This document shows positions 60,600 to 64,000 of a stretch of DNA of 64,000 nt, piece by piece. Source of the DNA: Glycera tridactyla. Its lineage: Eukaryota. The notes beneath the pieces were generated by a model. That model searched no databases and was not told the origin of the DNA. It worked only from the letters and a program-made list of their open reading frames with translations. Position numbers and translations under genes: made by a program. How positions within the stretch are numbered: the first letter of the stretch is position 1; every line of letters starts with the position of its first letter. The stretch spans positions 24,552,001 through 24,616,000 of the forward strand of contig OZ286459.1 of NCBI GenBank assembly GCA_965644265.1. Direction: 5' to 3'.

Positions 60600-63500
60600 C
60601 CCCATCGATGAGAAATTCATGACAGTGCTCAGAAGGTGACAATTTCACAAAGTACAGAATCAATGATGATGGCACGAGAGAATTTGAAAGCGAATTGTCC
60701 CGAAATGAGGGTCTTGAATCCTTTCAAATCCCGATTTTAGTTGAAATTTAAACGACAATCACGGAAACCACCAAAATGATACTGTATGAATAGGTCATAA
60801 ATGGGGACGTTACTGCATTACACTTTCATATTGTATGGACATTTATAAGCTGCCTATGTATTCCAGCAATGATTGTAGCAGAGTGCTCTTGTATGCATAG
60901 TTGCTAGGCCAACATGCCAGTAATCCACGAAGTGTAAACAATAGAGCAGGCATAGGTGATTTTTTTGGTTGCTGTTGTGCTGCAATCATCCCACAACGTT
61001 GGCCCAGTTGTGACACATTCGGAATTCATTATCTGGTGAAATCCACCGAGGAAAATTCATTTAAGAGTATTGAGTGTGGATGCCTGTTTTCACCGTACTT
61101 AGTTAGTTGGTACTGATTTAACGTCATGTCAGCTTCATTTGTGCTATATCGTATCGCCTATGGAATAGACATGGGTGGGATCATCCATGACTGATTCTTC
61201 ATGACCCATCGTTTTCAAGAAAAGGAGAAAATTCATGAAATCCAGCTTTCGGCTCCATAAGAGAATCCATCATCCGATTAATTCTACTTACGCGGCTGCA
61301 GGCGTGTGATTCAATATGCCTAGAAACTAGAACATCCTCACTACTTCCCTCCCACGTGTGACTGTGCACTTAGATGTGTGCATTTTTTTTATATGTGCTC
61401 CTGTGTTGCTGTCCATGTTGGCAGGTGCAATACTCAATATTCACATCAGTTTGGTTCATCCGTAGCTGAGAACTATCCTATTTGTCAGAGCGTCATGGTG
61501 ATGAATGACATGCGCTAGATGTGCTAAAACACGAGCCGTAGGCAAAGATTTTTTGACTAATTTTGTGAGCCATCTCCCTTTGAGCACTAGGCTTTCAAAT
61601 CAGACCTTAGTATTCGACAATCATCCTCTTGACAAACAGTCAAAGGCGTCATATAAGACATACGACGGTAGAATGTATAGGGAAATCGGTCAGGAATGTT
61701 GATGTGAAGCAGTGTGAAGGTGCGGTCCAGCTACATCATTGAAACAAACTCATCAGAGAAGGCAGACCACAACCAGAGAAAGCCGAGAAGCACTTGATGC
61801 TGCCCTCGCACATGAACAGTCTGCACAGGAATTGTAATTCACCTCAGACCGGCTTAAAATTCATTTCCCACTCTTTCTGCCTCATTATTCAAAAATACTA
61901 CCACAGTTTTCAGAAGCTTTGCAACAGGATTAGACAAGTGATGATGCATATCGACCCCAATTTGTCACAGATGGAGGTATCGAACATTCATTCATCATGG
62001 TCTGGCATGGAGTGACACAGAACTGGCAAAATGACACATACCACACAAGTGTGTGACGCAGTTTGACTAGAATGGCATATGTTTTTTGTTGATTCGTTAT
62101 CACCACCATCCAATCCCCAATCCCGCCACAGAGAGCCACAGAGAGCTAACAGTGAGTGTAAAATGTGGGGGATTTTCCCCTGTAAACCGGAGCTCTGCTG
62201 TTGCTCATACACCAACCGGATCTCACATGTGAAACAGTTGCCACTCTGCCACAGACTGACAGAAGGTAATCACCCATAACGCCGCCGACCACGTAAGTAT
62301 AAACGTAGCGTGAATCATAAGTTGACTACAGGTGCGTGCATAGGTATCAAAATCCGCGGGAATCACGAGAGTTCAGACATAACTAATCAACTGAATCTGT
62401 ACTGACTGTTTTTGTCTCATGGGCAACATATGGTGTATATTGAGACATACATGCAATAGACATGGTTGAGATCATCTGATTCCCACCTCTGGGTCTCTAT
62501 CCTGATGTGGAATATCATGCAATCAAAATGTACGCTACAATGGGCATCGTTGAGATCACGCACGATTCGCCCTCTCAAATTACCGCACCCAGAGACGGCA
62601 TGTAGGATATGACCTACTTTGAGGATTGCAATTTGAGCTGGTTCACGCTTTTTAGATGGGACCCTGTTCGGCTGATCTCACAGGAATATCTACTTCATTA
62701 CACAGAGCATTCAAATGTCGCTACCAATCAAGCTTGCTCAGGAGGAGTCGCATGGTTACAGTGTAGCCATTACCCGACAGTGATCTACGAATACGAATGC
62801 CTACATTGACTTTTGAGTCTCGCTCTACGGCCATTACAAAAATCTACTACCGGTAATGACACCCTGACTGTCTGTGAATTGTAGAAAGTATCACCATACG
62901 TTTGGGACCCAGCAGAGGAAGTCTTGAATGATTCCCCATGCCCTTTGCATGGGCGTTACAATATAGCTCATACGGCGCTGACATGACATTGAACCAGAAT
63001 CAACCAACTATTTTATGGGGCATGACCACCAGTCAATATACATTCAAACCTCTCGATGAAGGCTGCCTTCGGCTGCATCAAAAGGTGGCCTTCATAGGGA
63101 GGTGGTTTTATTGGGAGGTCATTAACTGTTGAATATGCTACCATGATCGTAGCTCAGGGTGGTCTTTATAGGGAGGCGGTCTTTATAGAGAGGTGGTCTT
63201 TAGAGGGGGTTCGACTGTATTTCTACCACATACACTCATTCTTGTCCACAGAGATCTCACCTCCGGTCATGTGCAGAGTGGTCTTTCTATACAGGTGATC
63301 TTTGAAAAGAGAAGAATACCGTTGACACCATTTGTTCAAGGTGGTCTCTGTGGTCAGTTGGTGTATGTGTGCAGGAGACCTAGATCAGATTTAACCAATC
63401 CCATCACGTTGCTAGGATTGTGTCAACAGATTACGTAGTGTGAGTGACAGCCAATACCCAAGGTCAACAATATTCGACTCAACATCAGCCTGTAACCAAG

Positions 63501-64000
63501 CAACGTCAGTCTGGTATTGTAACGATTCCATGATGGTGATGGTATGTAAGCAGGACCTACTCCAAGTAGACTGGCATTCGTGAGCAAACATCTGCTCACG
63601 ACCTCCTAGAGACAATATCATTACCATGAACATGGCTTTGAGGTTTCCTCCATTCATTGAATATTGTGTATTCCAAATAGAATATTGCCCACGCTAATAT
63701 GATGTTTTGTAGAGCCAATAAGTAGCTCTTACCCCACATGGAGGATATTCAAGGAATATCTCTTTAAGCACCGAAAGTCAAAAACGTCATCATGTTCATT
63801 TGACGTAGTCCATTATATATACGTCCGATAAGGGCTCACCTCTCTCGGAAAACTGCCTTCACGCTGGTTTTGCCGAACCTGTAAAGAATAGGCGACTACC
63901 ATTTGGCGGAGTCTCACTGCAAGATGGTTGCATACTTGTCGATAGTGAAAACAATGCTTTTTAGCAGTCTGTCGTTGCAAGATTTTGCACCATGGATAGA
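60600..64000 (+). repeat. Copy D: diverged (~75-80%) paralog of 34430-38976 and of the reverse complement of 43290-48280; runs off the window
   Basis: Collinear anchors: tcaatgagaaattca (34439) ~ tcgatgagaaattca (60605); ggaattcattatctggtgaaa (34860, 61021); gtgacagccaataccc (38951, ~63444). It continues into sequence present only in the right arm. Confidence 0.88.
63041..63217. mobile_element. 177-bp pogo/Tc1-like MITE with TA TSD, specific to copy D
   Basis: TA-cattcaaacctctc ... gagggggttcgactg-TA; internal ggtggtctttatag repeats. The site is empty at ~38720 and ~43975. Confidence 0.8.

Overview
Eukaryotic, repeat-dominated DNA (TE content suggests a marine invertebrate; inference). No intact host gene is recognisable. 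The window is built from several diverged copies of the same ancestral blocks in alternating orientation. Copy A (+, 1-~6665) faces copy B (-, from ~7492), and B is the left arm of a giant palindrome (7492-40238 vs 41034-~60478, ~0.8-kb spacer). A fourth, more diverged partial copy D runs from ~60600 to the end. The left arm carries two large insertions whose empty sites are visible in the other copies: a 4.74-kb decayed Academ DNA transposon (12884-17627; 18-bp TAG..CTA TIRs; ACT TSD; nested Helentron-type HINE), and a full-length 9.44-kb CR1-group LINE (20106-29543, minus strand; CCTAT TSD; (ATGTT)4 tail). The LINE has duplicated 5' monomers, a long split ORF1, a 2.3-kb duplicated inter-ORF spacer and a disrupted APE-RT ORF2. 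Also present: tRNA-derived SINEs, TA-flanked MITEs, minisatellites and old LINE/Gypsy/Penelope-like fragments. The most notable signal is the multi-scale foldback architecture: short inverted repeats at both palindrome centres, and one ~230-bp core flanked by different inverted duplications at different loci. All identities are estimated by eye, not computed.
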